NCBI GenBank assembly: GCA_964421215.1
Contig: CAYQWA010000021.1
Coordinates: 20,571 to 84,570 of the forward strand
Reading direction: 5' to 3'
Length of the DNA stretch: 64,000 bases
Source: an uncultured Bacteroidales bacterium
Lineage (GTDB): Bacteria > Bacteroidota > Bacteroidia > Bacteroidales > JAADJA01
A program made the position numbers and the translations under genes. Below are positions 62,929-64,000 of the stretch, one piece after another (within the stretch, counting starts at the first letter, position 1; each line of letters opens with the position of its first letter). The notes beneath the pieces were generated by a model. The model did not search any database. It had not been told where the DNA came from and saw only the letters and a program-made list of their open reading frames with translations.

Positions 62929-63546
62929 AATTGTTTGATTGAGGTTTTAATTAATAATTTACTGTTGTATTGATTGAAACACCTTCAATACCCACATAGA
63001 AACAGCAATGCCCTTGAACATTTTGGTTAAAAAAATGAGAAAAAAAACCGAACTTTAGTAAATCAATTCTTTTGGGAATGAGGTGGATTCAAAAATGGGA
63101 TGATGTTATAATATAACACCGGGTGTAGGGTAATTTTTCTCATATTTCAATTTATATTCCAGGTTTTAACAATAGTCTTTTAACGGCCTTTTTTGATTTT
63201 GGGTTTCAGGTTATATATAATTAAAATATATATATAAATCATGTGATTATAAAATATGAACAAATGCCACTCACACATCACAAGTAAGAAGATGACGCAT
63301 CATTGATTTACTGATGCTTACTATTGGACTAAGTAACCGGCAACAGTAATCAAAACCGATCCAAAACAGGTAAAACTTTTTAACAAACCATCCTTGATTT
63401 TTGCAAATAGAAGGATAAATTGAATTTAATTGTCGAATAGGCAACCAGCCTGGCAACACCATTTACACAGCAGTAATCCTATTAAAGATATGATATTTCT
63501 TTGATCTAAAAAATGATCAAAGGAGCAAAAAAATTACAAAATACGA

Positions 63547-64000
63547 TTAAATCAATCCCTTCCTCCTGAGCATGGGTTCAGTACTCGGCTCAGCACCACG
63601 GAATTGTTTGTACAATTTCATCGGATCATCCGTACCTCCTCTTTCCAGGATGTTTTCACGGAAAACTTTTGCAGTTTCTTTATCAAAGAGGCTGGTTTCT
63701 TTAAAGGCTTCAAACGCATCTGCATCAAGAACGGCTGCCCACTGATATCCATAATACCCCGATGAATACCCACCTGCAAAAATGTGAGCAAAATAAGGAC
63801 TTCTGTAACGGACCACAATTTCAGGAATAAGGCCTATCTTATTCAATGCCTCTTTTTCAAAAGCCAGTGTTTCCTTTTCAACTGACTCAGTAAGGGTATG
63901 CCAGCTCATGTCGAGGTATGCTGCGGCTGTATATTCAACAGTAATAAATCCCTGATTGAAATGGCTGCTGGCTTTCATTTTTTCGATGAGTTCATCAGGA
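63547..64000 (-). CDS. dcp: M3 family metallopeptidase (peptidyl-dipeptidase Dcp-like), C-terminal part; N-terminus lies beyond the window end
   Basis: The frame stays open past the track start (…PDELIEKMKASSHF…). The C-terminal M3 motifs are YFAHIFAGGYSSGYYGYQWAAVLDADAF and FRGAEPSTEPMLRRKGL. Confidence 0.88.
   Translation of the reverse strand, partial: PDELIEKMKASSHFNQGFITVEYTAAAYLDMSWHTLTESVEKETLAFEKEALNKIGLIPEIVVRYRSPYFAHIFAGGYSSGYYGYQWAAVLDADAFEAFKETSLFDKETAKVFRENILERGGTDDPMKLYKQFRGAEPSTEPMLRRKGLI

Noticed and set aside
63271-63462. 63-aa minus-strand ORF in the 618-bp gap
   Set aside because: The composition is Cys/Trp/Phe-rich and unlike the neighbouring genes. There is no upstream promoter-like box and I recognise no homology.
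1-64000. Genomic island, mobile element or defence island interpretation of the accessory-looking regions
   Set aside because: I saw no tRNA, integrase, transposase, recombinase, direct flanking repeats, restriction-modification, toxin-antitoxin or nuclease/helicase-type defence genes. Composition looks uniform by eye.

Overview
This 64-kb window looks like a Bacteroidota chromosome segment. Supporting signs are lipoprotein and T9SS C-terminal sorting signals, TAnnTTTG-type -7 boxes and roughly 40% GC by eye. A tungsten-type aldehyde:ferredoxin oxidoreductase suggests an anaerobe or facultative anaerobe. I saw no rRNA, tRNA, CRISPR array, transposase, integrase or recognisable defence system. 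I annotated 39 protein-coding genes, both window ends being partial. (1) 1-17.6 kb is one tightly packed minus-strand array. It reads Nudix-like regulator, AOR, fucA, fucP, fucI, four sulfatases, fucK, acetylesterase and a fifth, partial sulfatase. I read it as a candidate sulfated/acetylated fucan (fucoidan-type) catabolic operon. (2) 17.7-21.2 kb is a 1178-aa multidomain T9SS-secreted protein, followed by a TPR-TM-HTH regulator. (3) 23.5-33.3 kb is a second minus-strand glycan-degrading array: GH29 fucosidase, NagB/PIG-L fusion, SGNH-PKD esterase, GH3 and an 813-aa orphan lipoprotein. (4) 34.9-38.0 kb holds two secreted phage-tail-collar paralogs whose collar domain looks circularly permuted, plus a T9SS protein. 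(5) GH27, then an outer-membrane cluster: TonB-dependent receptor, beta-barrel protein, TPR protein and TolB/OmpA-like protein. (6) 47.2-55.9 kb is a tandem array of four paralogous T9SS proteins, each built from seven 56-aa FG-GAP-like blades. One of them is fused to GLUG repeats and a module shared with the 36.5-kb gene. (7) The rest is housekeeping or miscellaneous: C_GCAxxG_C_C protein, metallophosphoesterase, GNATs, a small S26 peptidase and an M3 peptidase. Several intergenic regions carry short 'word-like' tandem or inverted repeats. All assignments rest on reading the translated ORFs and recalled family motifs; no searches were run.
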